Positions 51,376 through 60,666 of a stretch of DNA of 64,000 nucleotides are shown here, one piece after another. A program made the position numbers and the translations under genes. How positions within the stretch are numbered: the stretch's first letter is position 1; every line of letters starts with the position of its first letter. Origin of the DNA: Oscillospiraceae bacterium (lineage in GTDB: Bacteria > Bacillota > Clostridia > Oscillospirales > CAG-272). The DNA lies in assembly GCA_015063905.1 (NCBI GenBank), contig SVTF01000007.1:2975-66974 (forward strand), written 5' to 3'. The notes under the pieces are model-generated. The model made no database searches. It was not told the DNA's origin and was given only the letters and a program-made list of their open reading frames with translations.

Positions 51376-53421
51376 TTAGTGTATCTGCGTTCCTTCCGGG
51401 ACCATATCATCAACGAATATGACCTTGCAGCCGCAGGCGTTATTTGTTGCCGCTAACAACATACCGTTACTGTTGACACCGGTAATTCTTGTGGGCTGAA
51501 GGTTTGCGATAACGATGATCTTCTTTCCTACAAGCTCATCAGGCTTATAGTCGTGCTTGATGCTGGATACTATGATACGCTCACCGATTCCGTCGTTGAG
51601 AGTGAGCTTATAGCACGAGTGAGATTTTCTGATCTCCTGGCATTTAACAATTTTGCAAACGCGCAGGTCGAGCTTTGCAAAGTCATCGATGGAAACAAGC
51701 TCTTGCTTGATCGGCTCAACGGGATCGGGTTCGCCGTATACCTTTTCCTCAACTATGGGTTGCTCATTGTCGGCATTGTTTATAGCTTTCTCTTCATCGG
51801 TTTCTTCGAATGAAAAATCGAGAAGCCCGACAAATCTTTCTTTTTCTATAGCGTAAAGGAAGAGGTAAAGACGAGGACCTTGCTCCTTGTCGATGAGAAG
51901 CTTGTAAACTGTTTTAAAGAACTTTCCTTGAATGGACTTAAGCTCCTTTTGGTCGGTGACTTCCGGATATATCTTTTTGGGTATTGCGTAAAGCTCCTGA
52001 TTTAGCTCGTCGAGCGTGTATGTTGCGTTTGCGAGATAATCATAAAGTGAAGCGATCGCAGCCTTTTCTTTTTCGTCAAGCTGGCTCCAAACCTCGAAGT
52101 TACGGGTTTTGCGCAGCTTATTTACCTGCTCGGGAGCGCACTGCTCAAGCCAGAATTTTGCTCTGTCGAGTCGATCGGCAAATTGCTCGTATTTATAGGG
52201 AGTTCCGATCTTTTCAAATACGGTTTCAAGCATGGGAACGTTGAAATCAACGATAGATCCAAGCTGAACGAGAAGTGACATCGGCACGGTCTCGAGCGAT
52301 CTTCCTTCTATCTCGCAGTTGTACATTACTGAAGCGTTATATTCGGAAGCGTTGCCAGACTTGTATTCCGTATACATTTTATCAAATTCAAAATATTGGC
52401 GCAAGATTCCGTCATCAAAACAGAAGTCAAATGCCTTTACGGGTTCTGTTTTGGAGTAGAGCCAGAGAATTATCTCGGGCTGATAGAGCTTGAGGAGAAG
52501 CTCGGGGGTCATGTTGAGGCCGGAGGAAGAAGACATCTTTCCCGCAACGCCCTTAATGCCGATGAACTCATATCCTTGATAGATGGGAGCCTCGTGATCG
52601 TATATTTTCTTTGCAATGACCTTTGAGTTGTTGTATGATCCTGTGGGTGCCGAATGGTCTTTTCCGCCCGGCTCAAAGTCTACCTGCTCATATTTCCATC
52701 GCATAGCCCAGTCGACCTTCCAGCCGAGCTTGCAGTTGAAATTCTTGGTGAAGTCAAAATGTCCGTGATGGCCGCAACGGCAAGTGAATTCCGCATCCGT
52801 ACAGTCCTCGTTCACGGAGAGGATCTTTGTAAAGTCGGTTTTACATTCGGGGCAGAATATGCTCACAGGGTAATATTCTGCTTTTTCTTTGTCGTGAGCC
52901 GCCGCTCTTTCCTCCTCAGAAAGCGTTTTATCCTTGGTCTTGAAGGAGTCAAGTATTTCAAATATTTCTCCGCGGTTTTTGAGCGCGTGGATAAGATCCT
53001 CGGTGTATTTTCCGCTTCTGTACATATCCGCCTGATAACGACATTCGAATTTTATTCCAAAGGGCTTTATTGCGTTTAGAAATTCTTCCTCAAAATGACG
53101 CGCGTAGTTTTCGTGACAACCGAAGGGATCGGGAATGTCGACGTAAGGACAGCCGATATATTTATCAAACGTATCACCAACCACCGCTTGAACGTTTGCG
53201 GGTATCTTGCGACAACGGTCAAACTCGTCCCATGATATTATGAGCTTTGCGTTTTTGCCCATTTTTTCAAGAGCCTTAACAACAAAAAGGGGGGTGGCTA
53301 TATCGCGGAAATTACCGATATGAACGCTTCCCGAGGGAGATACGCCCGCCGCGCATATATATTCCTCTTTATCGGGATTCTTTTGTATCAGGCGCTGTGC
53401 TATTTCTTCTGACCAATGCAT
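51376..53421 (-). CDS. lysK: Class I lysine--tRNA ligase fused to a C-terminal Trbp111/CsaA-type tRNA-binding (OB) domain
   Basis: 681 aa. MHWSEEIAQRLI...GVSPSGSVHIGNFRD (HIGN form of the HIGH motif), ISWDEFDRCRKIP and GKMSSSSG (KMSKS equivalent) match archaeal-type class I LysRS. The last ~105 aa (FAKLDLRVCKIV...LVGKKIIVIANLQPTRITGVNSNGMLLAA) match the MetRS-C/CsaA tRNA-binding domain. Confidence 0.85.
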   Translation of the reverse strand: MHWSEEIAQRLIQKNPDKEEYICAAGVSPSGSVHIGNFRDIATPLFVVKALEKMGKNAKLIISWDEFDRCRKIPANVQAVVGDTFDKYIGCPYVDIPDPFGCHENYARHFEEEFLNAIKPFGIKFECRYQADMYRSGKYTEDLIHALKNRGEIFEILDSFKTKDKTLSEEERAAAHDKEKAEYYPVSIFCPECKTDFTKILSVNEDCTDAEFTCRCGHHGHFDFTKNFNCKLGWKVDWAMRWKYEQVDFEPGGKDHSAPTGSYNNSKVIAKKIYDHEAPIYQGYEFIGIKGVAGKMSSSSGLNMTPELLLKLYQPEIILWLYSKTEPVKAFDFCFDDGILRQYFEFDKMYTEYKSGNASEYNASVMYNCEIEGRSLETVPMSLLVQLGSIVDFNVPMLETVFEKIGTPYKYEQFADRLDRAKFWLEQCAPEQVNKLRKTRNFEVWSQLDEKEKAAIASLYDYLANATYTLDELNQELYAIPKKIYPEVTDQKELKSIQGKFFKTVYKLLIDKEQGPRLYLFLYAIEKERFVGLLDFSFEETDEEKAINNADNEQPIVEEKVYGEPDPVEPIKQELVSIDDFAKLDLRVCKIVKCQEIRKSHSCYKLTLNDGIGERIIVSSIKHDYKPDELVGKKIIVIANLQPTRITGVNSNGMLLAATNNACGCKVIFVDDMVPEGTQIH

Positions 53422-53529
53422 TTTTATTTTCCTTCCTTACATATATAAACACGATAACCAATACATTCTATCACAATTTTTAATTATTGTCAACAAAAGA
53501 ATGCACGTTTTTTCTATTATTGATTTGTT

Positions 53530-54369
53530 TTACATCATATAAATATCATACATATCCTCGTTTGAGGAGTTCTTGCTTCTTCTGTAGGCTGTGGGCGAGA
53601 CGCCAATGCGCTTGATGAACGCGCGGTTGAAGGTACGCAGGGTGCCAAATCCCGACATTGAAGCAATATCGGTTATGCTATGATCGGTAGCGCGCAAAAG
53701 TCTGCATGCCTCGGATATTCTGAGTGAGTTGATATAGTCTGTAAATTTTACGTTGAGAATATCGCCAAAAAGATGAGAAATGTAATACTTACTCAAATGG
53801 AGCTCCTTTTCAAGCACGGATAGTGAAAGCTCCTTGGTAAAATTCTGGGAGCAATATGCCACTATTGTTTTCATGGCCTGATGCTCGTCGGATTTTGTAT
53901 AATTCAGATCCATCATGCCCATAAACTCGGCGCAAAACGACAAAAGATAACCCTTTAACAAGAGGTGCTTATAGTCGGGTGGATATTCAGAGTAGGATGC
54001 CAAGGCTTTGATGACCGGAACCATTCTTTCATTTTTGTCCGCGTGCTTGATGAGCGAGCTTTTTGCGTCCATGGTGAGAAACTTTTGAGAAAAATCGGGA
54101 ATAGCGTAGGGGTCGATAAAAAACAATATATACTTGTTGCTTGGCTGAAGATCGGAGTAACTATGGATCTTGTTGGGAAAGACGACCAAAAGATCGCCGG
54201 ATTCCACGGTATACACTTCGGTATCTACGTTTGCGCGCGTAGCGCCTGAGATCATATATACTATCTCAAGATGCTTGTGAAGGTGAGGGCCAAATCCAAG
54301 CGCGCCACCAACCTTCGACGCGTCCCGAACGGAAAAATCTATTAATCGGGTTTCATACTGTATCTTCAT
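53530..54369 (-). CDS. AraC family transcriptional regulator (cupin sensor + HTH)
   Basis: 279 aa. N-terminal cupin-like GPHLHKHLEIVYM and C-terminal AraC HTH ITDIASMSGFGTLRTFNRAFIKRIGVSPTAYR. Its start overlaps the upstream stop by 1 nt (TAATG). Confidence 0.85.
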   Translation of the reverse strand: MKIQYETRLIDFSVRDASKVGGALGFGPHLHKHLEIVYMISGATRANVDTEVYTVESGDLLVVFPNKIHSYSDLQPSNKYILFFIDPYAIPDFSQKFLTMDAKSSLIKHADKNERMVPVIKALASYSEYPPDYKHLLLKGYLLSFCAEFMGMMDLNYTKSDEHQAMKTIVAYCSQNFTKELSLSVLEKELHLSKYYISHLFGDILNVKFTDYINSLRISEACRLLRATDHSITDIASMSGFGTLRTFNRAFIKRIGVSPTAYRRSKNSSNEDMYDIYMM

Positions 54370-56519
54370 TATGTATCCTCTTGTGCCTTCCGATTCTTAT
54401 TTTTTCTTCTTATCGCAAGGAAGACAATGAGCGCTATAAGCAGAAGAACTATAAGTGCCACAACGATTATTATGATGATCGTTGTGCTTCCGAATCCCGA
54501 CGATCCGTATAGCGATATACTACTTATTGAAACACTTGAAACCTCGTCGTCAGATGCAATGCAAATCGATATATTCAGCTTGTCCGATTCATCAACGCGC
54601 TCGGCAAACTCTGAAATATCAAAATAGTAGGTTGATGCGGCATTCACCAGATCCGTTTGCGCAACGTATAGCACGGAATTGTCATTAGAGCCGTTGGAGA
54701 TCGTAAGGAAGAGGGTAGGACAGTTGTCAGATGACACGGTTATTCCTATATATTTTGCCGCCTTGATGTCTTTAGCGTCAACGTTAAAGGCTGATATCGC
54801 GCCGACACCTTGATCGGTGGCCGCGGAAAAGTCCAGAACTCTTGCGAACGTGCCGTTGGAACGTTTTGTCAACGTCATATCCGCAAGAGAGATCTCATTT
54901 TCCTTGAAATTCTCAAGCTTTACGGGGAACTCGTGAACGTTCTTTTGTGTGCTTTCGGATATTTCATGCTCTACGCCCTGAAGATAGGTGAGCTTTTTGA
55001 AAACGGTCTGCTTGAACCGATCGTTGGTATAGCCGTCCGCCTTGGCTGTATAGGTGGTAAGCTGGTCTGTTTTATTTGTTCCGCAAAGAACAAACATGTA
55101 GTACAGAGCGCCCGGCTTTGAGTCCTTGGCTTGAAGGGAGGTCAGCGGATCGTTTGCAGAATATATAAATGCGCGCGCGCCGATCTCGGCAGCTTTATAG
55201 TATGCGCAGATATAATATGCCGCGCGATTGTTTTCGCTTATAGTTGTGGGCAGAGCGAGCGAATCAATGATAAAATCGCGCTTTTCGCTGCCAAATCGCA
55301 TCGACGCGAGATCGATAAGATCGGTTACCTCGTTCATGTTGTCCACGCCTATGCTGGAATAATCGTACGAATCGGTTGCGAGCAGGGCGGAAAGATCTTC
55401 GCCCTGACCGAGATCAAGGGAAATAGCCCAATTGTAGTCTCCCGAGGCTTTGGAGCTTTCGGCGAAATGAGAAAGAAAGGCTTTGGCGCCAATCGTTTCA
55501 GACGAATTACTTCTCCATGCGTTTGACACGGGGACGTAAACACGCGCCGCGGAGTTAACGGAAGTAAGCGCTATGTGCGCGGTCCTTGCCCAAGAGAAAT
55601 ATAGGTTTTCATATACCTCGTCCTCGAGAAGCTTGGAAGAGTCGGATATAAGACCTGCTTTTTGGTTGACTCTTTGACCTATTATGTAATCCGTCACGTG
55701 ACCGTGATCGCCCGAGTATCTATCTGCCAAAAAGGCATAAAGAGCATCAATGCCTCGCGCGGTGTTTTCATCCTTCATGTCAGGAATAAATATTTGCGTT
55801 GCGTCGGGCAGCTCTTCGTCGGGAATGAACGTGCTGACCGTTCTGATATATACGCGTATTCCAAGATCGTTTGCCGCTTTGATTTTGCTGTCAAGCGAGG
55901 CTACTGTGTCGCCGTTAAAGAAATATGATATTCCGTCGCGATTGTATTTGATGTCGCCCTCTGTTTTTCCGTCAGACACGATGTCAGATATTGATATCTC
56001 TATCAGTGTGTGATCCGCGCCAACGAGATGAGCGTCGTAAATATCCGGTGCCGCAAGACCTTTTATGTCAGAGGGAGAAGGCACTCTGGATTGCTTTGAG
56101 GCGAGGATCTCGGGGTTTTGTATATACATGGCGTTTGTTATAGCGGAATAGGATTCGCCGTTCTTTTCAGCTAAAACAAAAGCCTTTTGCAGTCTTGAAA
56201 GACCGTTGCCGTCGCAAAGCGGGAAGCTGAGTGAAACGGAAGAATTCACCTTGACCTCTCCAACCACGTCTACAGACGAGGGAATCGAGGCGGCGGATGT
56301 CGTGGGTAATGCCAGCACATAGAGCATCTGCCCCGAATGCTTTTCCTTATATACCTCGTCAAGCGTTACCTTTAGTTCAACGTTTTGTTTGTCTTTTTTT
56401 ATGTTTACGGAGATCACCTCTGTAATCGCGTCCTTGTCGGAGCAAGCGGACAATCCGATAACACAAGCTAACGCAAGACAAAGCAAAAGAATTACTGATA
56501 ATAATTTAGTGGATTTCAT
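54369..56519 (-). CDS. 716-aa lipoprotein with an additional C-terminal TM anchor (domain unrecognised, possibly glycoside-hydrolase-like TIM barrel)
   Basis: The ORF track extends to 56705. The ATG at 56519 gives MKSTKLLSVILLLCLALACVIGLSAC (lipobox LSAC). The C-terminus TTIIIIIVVALIVLLLIALIVFLAIRRKNKNRK is a TM helix with a basic tail. Confidence 0.65.
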   Translation of the reverse strand: MKSTKLLSVILLLCLALACVIGLSACSDKDAITEVISVNIKKDKQNVELKVTLDEVYKEKHSGQMLYVLALPTTSAASIPSSVDVVGEVKVNSSVSLSFPLCDGNGLSRLQKAFVLAEKNGESYSAITNAMYIQNPEILASKQSRVPSPSDIKGLAAPDIYDAHLVGADHTLIEISISDIVSDGKTEGDIKYNRDGISYFFNGDTVASLDSKIKAANDLGIRVYIRTVSTFIPDEELPDATQIFIPDMKDENTARGIDALYAFLADRYSGDHGHVTDYIIGQRVNQKAGLISDSSKLLEDEVYENLYFSWARTAHIALTSVNSAARVYVPVSNAWRSNSSETIGAKAFLSHFAESSKASGDYNWAISLDLGQGEDLSALLATDSYDYSSIGVDNMNEVTDLIDLASMRFGSEKRDFIIDSLALPTTISENNRAAYYICAYYKAAEIGARAFIYSANDPLTSLQAKDSKPGALYYMFVLCGTNKTDQLTTYTAKADGYTNDRFKQTVFKKLTYLQGVEHEISESTQKNVHEFPVKLENFKENEISLADMTLTKRSNGTFARVLDFSAATDQGVGAISAFNVDAKDIKAAKYIGITVSSDNCPTLFLTISNGSNDNSVLYVAQTDLVNAASTYYFDISEFAERVDESDKLNISICIASDDEVSSVSISSISLYGSSGFGSTTIIIIIVVALIVLLLIALIVFLAIRRKNKNRKAQEDT

Positions 56520-56521
56520 AA

Positions 56522-57730
56522 TTATTTGACCTCTCCGTCGGTAATTTTTTGAACGCGGGGAACTCGGGCGGATACAAGACACAGACTCTCGTATTCTATC
56601 GTTCCCGCCATTTTTGACAGTGTTCGCAGCTGACATGGCTCGGATCCAAAGACCGTCACCTCGTCGCCAACGCTCGCGGGCAAATCTGTGATATCTATCA
56701 TACATTGATCCATGCAGACGCGTCCGATTATAGCAGCCTTGTGGTTTCCGCTTGGCGTGTGAACTGTAAGCTCAAATCCCGAATATGACCGCAATATTCC
56801 GTCCGCGTAGCCTATCGGCACGGTGGCAACGGTTGTGTCCTTTCGCGCGATGTACGTTCCACCGTAGCTAACGGTTTGTCCTGCCTTGAGGGTATGTATG
56901 TGAGATATTAACGTTTTCAGTGACATAACGGGCTTTACGGGAACGTTAATGAATTCAGAGGGCTGAATGCCGTAGAGAAGTATACCCATCCTGACACCGT
57001 CGAGCGCGAGAGACGGAAATCTGACCGCGGCGGCGGAGTTGCAAATGTGACAAAACAAGCGTATGCCGCGATCCAGCAGGGCATTGCGTACCCTTAAAAA
57101 TCTCTCGCTTTGAATAATTGTAAGACTTTCTTCGGAGATCACCGTAGCGTCATATTCTTCGTCCGCCTTGGCAAAATGGGTGTACATGCCCTCAAGCTGT
57201 ATTCCATCAAAAGAGGATATTTGTTGGATCTGTCTTGCGGCATCCACACATTCTTGGTCATCTCTGGCGCATATTCCTATTCGGTTCATCCCCGTATCGA
57301 GAGCGGCGTGGGCTCTGACTGTGCAGCCTTGCTCGATAGCGGCATCGCTCAATTGCTTTGCGTATTCTGCGCTGAGCAGGGTCTGGATTATCGAATTTGA
57401 GCAAAGCACAGATGCCTGGCGGGGCGTTGTGTATCCAAGAATAAGAATATCGGCACATCTATCGCAGCTATCGCATATCTTTCGGACAACGAGTGCCTCC
57501 TCAACGCAGGACACGGCGAAAAAATCACATCCCGCGTCGAGCAAAGCGGGCACGCATATCTCACAGGTGTGACCGTAAGCGTCGGCTTTCACAACACAAA
57601 TGTGTCTTGTGTTTGGAGTCAGGTCGCTTAATTCCTTATAATTATAAAGCAGAGCATCGGCATCGATCTCGGCGATGACCTTATGCTCGGAAAGCTTTGG
57701 CATGTCTGTGTACAGATAAAAAGGATACAT
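56522..57730 (-). CDS. alr: Alanine racemase
   Basis: The ORF track starts at the GTG at 57775, which falls within ~25 nt of the predicted -10. The ATG at 57730 has an AGGAG RBS 5-6 nt upstream. PLP site VVKADAYGHT; C-terminal GYADG...GRVCMDQ. Confidence 0.9.
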   Translation of the reverse strand: MYPFYLYTDMPKLSEHKVIAEIDADALLYNYKELSDLTPNTRHICVVKADAYGHTCEICVPALLDAGCDFFAVSCVEEALVVRKICDSCDRCADILILGYTTPRQASVLCSNSIIQTLLSAEYAKQLSDAAIEQGCTVRAHAALDTGMNRIGICARDDQECVDAARQIQQISSFDGIQLEGMYTHFAKADEEYDATVISEESLTIIQSERFLRVRNALLDRGIRLFCHICNSAAAVRFPSLALDGVRMGILLYGIQPSEFINVPVKPVMSLKTLISHIHTLKAGQTVSYGGTYIARKDTTVATVPIGYADGILRSYSGFELTVHTPSGNHKAAIIGRVCMDQCMIDITDLPASVGDEVTVFGSEPCQLRTLSKMAGTIEYESLCLVSARVPRVQKITDGEVK

Positions 57731-57799
57731 AGATACTCCTCGTATAATGGGCGGGGCCTGTTTTGTGTCAGACACCCGTGAAAAATGTCATATATGATT

Positions 57800-57828
57800 A
57801 TTATATCACGATAGGACAAATATTGCAA
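57800..57828 (-). promoter_or_regulatory. Sigma-A-type promoter of alr (TTGCAA-17-TATAAT, minus strand)
   Basis: Plus-strand attata 57800-57805 and ttgcaa 57823-57828. Confidence 0.55.
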
Positions 57829-57935
57829 TAGAAAAGAAAAGACTTTTTTCTTTTTTACAAGAATATTCCTCAAAAAGAATTTGCGATACGTTGCAGACAT
57901 ATATTTATAAAAAACGGTTTGAGGGTCGCAAAAAA

Positions 57936-58475
57936 ATGAAACGGTGTGTCATATCTATTGTTGCTTTGGCAATTTTGTTATGCTGTATGACGGTGATTTG
58001 TTCTTGTTCCGAGAATGCGCTCATATCAGATCCCTTTGAATACACGGAGGGCTCTTTCGCGGCGAAAATCGAGGGATGCGTGGAAGAGTTTTGCTTTTGC
58101 GCAAAAGTGACCAGCGCCTATGGCGGAGATGGCGGTGGCAGAAAGATCACGGTTGTGTTTTCAGCTCCGCAATCGCTTTCGGGAATGACTGTTACGGTCG
58201 ATGGAGAAAAAATGAAGGCAAGACTTGATTCGATCGTGGCGGATGAGTGGAATGCAGTTGCGTTACCGGTGCTTATCGAGGCTCTTTGCCAGCGCCGAAC
58301 GCCGCAAACGGTACGAGCTGTCGGCGGTGGAATGCTGGAAGTCAAGGTATGCGACAAAAATTGCAATATTGAGTATCTGTTTGATGAAGGGAACGGTATT
58401 CCTGTAAAAATATCAGGCAAGGCAGAGGGTGATTCCTTTTTGTTCACGATAACTGACTTTGAAGTTTTGAAGTGA
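57936..58475 (+). CDS. Hypothetical small lipoprotein
   Basis: The ORF track starts at 57891. The ATG at 57936 gives MKRCVISIVALAILLCCMTVICSC, a lipoprotein signal peptide. 179 aa; no family recognised. Confidence 0.6.
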   Translation: MKRCVISIVALAILLCCMTVICSCSENALISDPFEYTEGSFAAKIEGCVEEFCFCAKVTSAYGGDGGGRKITVVFSAPQSLSGMTVTVDGEKMKARLDSIVADEWNAVALPVLIEALCQRRTPQTVRAVGGGMLEVKVCDKNCNIEYLFDEGNGIPVKISGKAEGDSFLFTITDFEVLK

Positions 58476-58507
58476 ACAAATTTGTTTAGTTGTAAGGCTT
58501 TTGATTG

Positions 58508-58536
58508 TTGACAATTTGAACGTCGTATGGTATAAT
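58508..58536 (+). promoter_or_regulatory. Consensus sigma-A promoter of the transketolase operon (TTGACA-17-TATAAT)
   Basis: ttgaca 58508-58513, tataat 58531-58536. Confidence 0.65.
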
Positions 58537-58643
58537 CAAAATGTAACGTTGAAGTGTCGTTGGCGTTGGCTTGCAGTGGGTGGAAGATATTCCTGTTCTG
58601 TCGATGCCATGCGGCGAAAATAACCGAAAAGGAAGGACTCCAA

Positions 58644-59471
58644 ATGGAAATTTCAAAGATGAGGGAGCTTGAAAAAATAGCTGCCAAAATACGTCTTGGC
58701 GTTATCGAATCGACATATGCCGCGCAGTCGGGACACCCGGGCGGCTCACTTTCGATATCCGATATACTCGCATATCTCTATTTTGAGGAGATGAACGTGT
58801 ATCCTGACGACCCCAAGAATGAAGCAAGAGACAGGCTTGTGCTTTCCAAGGGACATACTGCTCCCGCACTCTATTCCGCGCTGGCGGTAAAGGGCTTTTT
58901 CCCGTTTGAAGAATTGAAAACACTGCGTCAGGCAGACAGCAGATTGCAGGGACATCCCGATATGAAGGGGATCCCCGGAGTTGATATGACAACAGGCTCG
59001 CTTGGTCTTGGAATCTCGGCTGCGTGCGGAATGGCTCTCGCGGCAAAGGTTGATAATAAGGACTACAGAGTTTACGCTATTGTCGGAGACGGAGAAAGCG
59101 AGGAGGGTCAGGTATGGGAGGCTTCCATGTTTGCTAACCACTACAAGCTGGACAACCTCTGCGTTATTCTGGACTACAATAAGCTTCAGATAGACGGCGC
59201 GGTAGCCGACGTTATAGGCCCCGCACCCTTTGAGCCCAAGCTGGAGGCTTTTGGATATAACGTGATTACGATAGACGGTCATAACTTTGATGAGATCGAG
59301 GCTGCCTTCAAGGCGGCGCGCGAGTGTAATGGAAGACCCACCGCTATCGTGGCGAACACCGTAAAGGGCAAGGGTGTTTCATTTATGGAAAATAAGGTCA
59401 ATTGGCACGGCGCGGCGCCCAAGGATGCCGATTACGCTATAGCAATCCAAGAGATCAGCGCAAATCTTTGA
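58644..59471 (+). CDS. Transketolase, N-terminal (TPP-binding) subunit
   Basis: The ORF track starts at 58554. The ATG at 58644 follows an AAGGAAGGA RBS. SGHPGGSLS and GDGESEEGQVWEA motifs; 275 aa. Confidence 0.9.
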   Translation: MEISKMRELEKIAAKIRLGVIESTYAAQSGHPGGSLSISDILAYLYFEEMNVYPDDPKNEARDRLVLSKGHTAPALYSALAVKGFFPFEELKTLRQADSRLQGHPDMKGIPGVDMTTGSLGLGISAACGMALAAKVDNKDYRVYAIVGDGESEEGQVWEASMFANHYKLDNLCVILDYNKLQIDGAVADVIGPAPFEPKLEAFGYNVITIDGHNFDEIEAAFKAARECNGRPTAIVANTVKGKGVSFMENKVNWHGAAPKDADYAIAIQEISANL

Positions 59472-59489
59472 TGAAGGGGGACTACAGTA

Positions 59490-60431
59490 ATGGCAGATAA
59501 GATAGCAACAAGAGAAGCTTACGGCTCGGCGCTCGTAGAGCTTGCCGATAAATACGATTTCGTGGTGCTTGACGCCGATCTCGCAGAGGCAACAAAAACC
59601 GTTAAATTCAAAAAGGCTCACCCCGAGAGATTCTTTGATTGCGGAATCGCGGAGGGAAATATGATATCTGTTGCGGCGGGCTTTGCTGCCGCGGGAAAGA
59701 TGGCGTTTGCCTCCTCCTTTGCTATGTTTGCGGCGGGAAGAGCCTTCGAGCAGGTGAGAAACAGCATCGGATATCCTCATCTCAACGTTAAGATCGGCGC
59801 TACTCACGCGGGAATAACCGTCGGTGAGGACGGAGCCACGCATCAGTGCCTTGAGGACATCGCGCTTATGAGAACGATACCCGGAATGACTATAATCAAT
59901 CCCTCCGATGCCGTTGAGGCGAGAGCCGCGGTTGAGGCTGCTATGCAGTTTAACGGTCCTTGCTATATGAGATTCGGCAGAGCGGCGATCGAGGTTTTCA
60001 ACGACAACCCCGACTATAAATTTGAGCTTGGACGCGGCGTAACTCTTCGTGAGGGAAAGGATGTGACCCTTGTTGCCACGGGCTATATGGTTCCCCTCGC
60101 AAGACAAGCGGCTGAAACGCTTGCGGCAGAAGGCATTGATGCGAGAGTTATCAATATACACACGATCAAGCCTATTGACAAGGATATAATCATCAAGGCT
60201 GCCAGCGAAACGGGAGCTATAGTTACAGCTGAGGAGCATAACGTGATAGGCGGACTCGGCGGCGCGGTTTCCGAGGTGGTGTGTGAGGCTTGCCCCGTTC
60301 CCGTAATAAGAGTGGGAGTTGAGGATAAGTTTGGAAAATCGGGCAAGGTTGCTCCGTTGCTTGAGGAATACGGACTTACCGCCGAGAACATTGTCGCAAA
60401 GGCTAAGGCGGCGATAGCACTCAAAAAATAA
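59490..60431 (+). CDS. Transketolase, C-terminal (pyrimidine-binding) subunit
   Basis: 313 aa. FFDCGIAEGNMISVAAG and GATHQCLEDIALMR motifs. Confidence 0.9.
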   Translation: MADKIATREAYGSALVELADKYDFVVLDADLAEATKTVKFKKAHPERFFDCGIAEGNMISVAAGFAAAGKMAFASSFAMFAAGRAFEQVRNSIGYPHLNVKIGATHAGITVGEDGATHQCLEDIALMRTIPGMTIINPSDAVEARAAVEAAMQFNGPCYMRFGRAAIEVFNDNPDYKFELGRGVTLREGKDVTLVATGYMVPLARQAAETLAAEGIDARVINIHTIKPIDKDIIIKAASETGAIVTAEEHNVIGGLGGAVSEVVCEACPVPVIRVGVEDKFGKSGKVAPLLEEYGLTAENIVAKAKAAIALKK

Positions 60432-60451
60432 TAGGTACGTAATATATAATA

Positions 60452-60482
60452 GGGCTCTGCTTAAAGCGGAGCCCGTTTTTTT
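60452..60482 (+). terminator. Intrinsic terminator after the transketolase genes
   Basis: gggctc(t)...(g)gagccc stem followed by GTTTTTTT. Confidence 0.75.
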
Positions 60483-60515
60483 GTCGCGCACGGACAAATA
60501 ATTTTGCAAAACCCC

Positions 60516-60544
60516 TTGTAAACAGAGCGCGTTTGTGTTAAAAT
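60516..60544 (+). promoter_or_regulatory. Sigma-A-type promoter (TTGTAA-17-TAAAAT)
   Basis: ttgtaa 60516-60521, taaaat 60539-60544. Confidence 0.5.
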
Positions 60545-60666
60545 GTAAGATGTATGATTATGTTTAATAATATTTTAATATATATCCTGTACGCAATACG
60601 GCCCTGATGCTGCGTCCTTTAGGCGCGGTTTTGCCGTTGCGGACGGAAGATTTGGAGGAACTTAAG

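Noticed and set aside
58537-58643. TPP riboswitch in the ~100-nt leader of the transketolase operon.
   Set aside because: The conserved THI-box elements (CTGAGA ... ACCTGATCTGGATAATGCCAGCG-like) are not present. Transketolase genes are not usual TPP-riboswitch targets.
59379-60509. 376-aa minus-strand ORF spanning the transketolase C-terminal subunit; likewise 60619-61383 opposite the exonuclease gene.
   Set aside because: These are shadow ORFs. The plus-strand products carry unambiguous transketolase and DEDD exonuclease motifs, strong RBSs and promoter/terminator signals.
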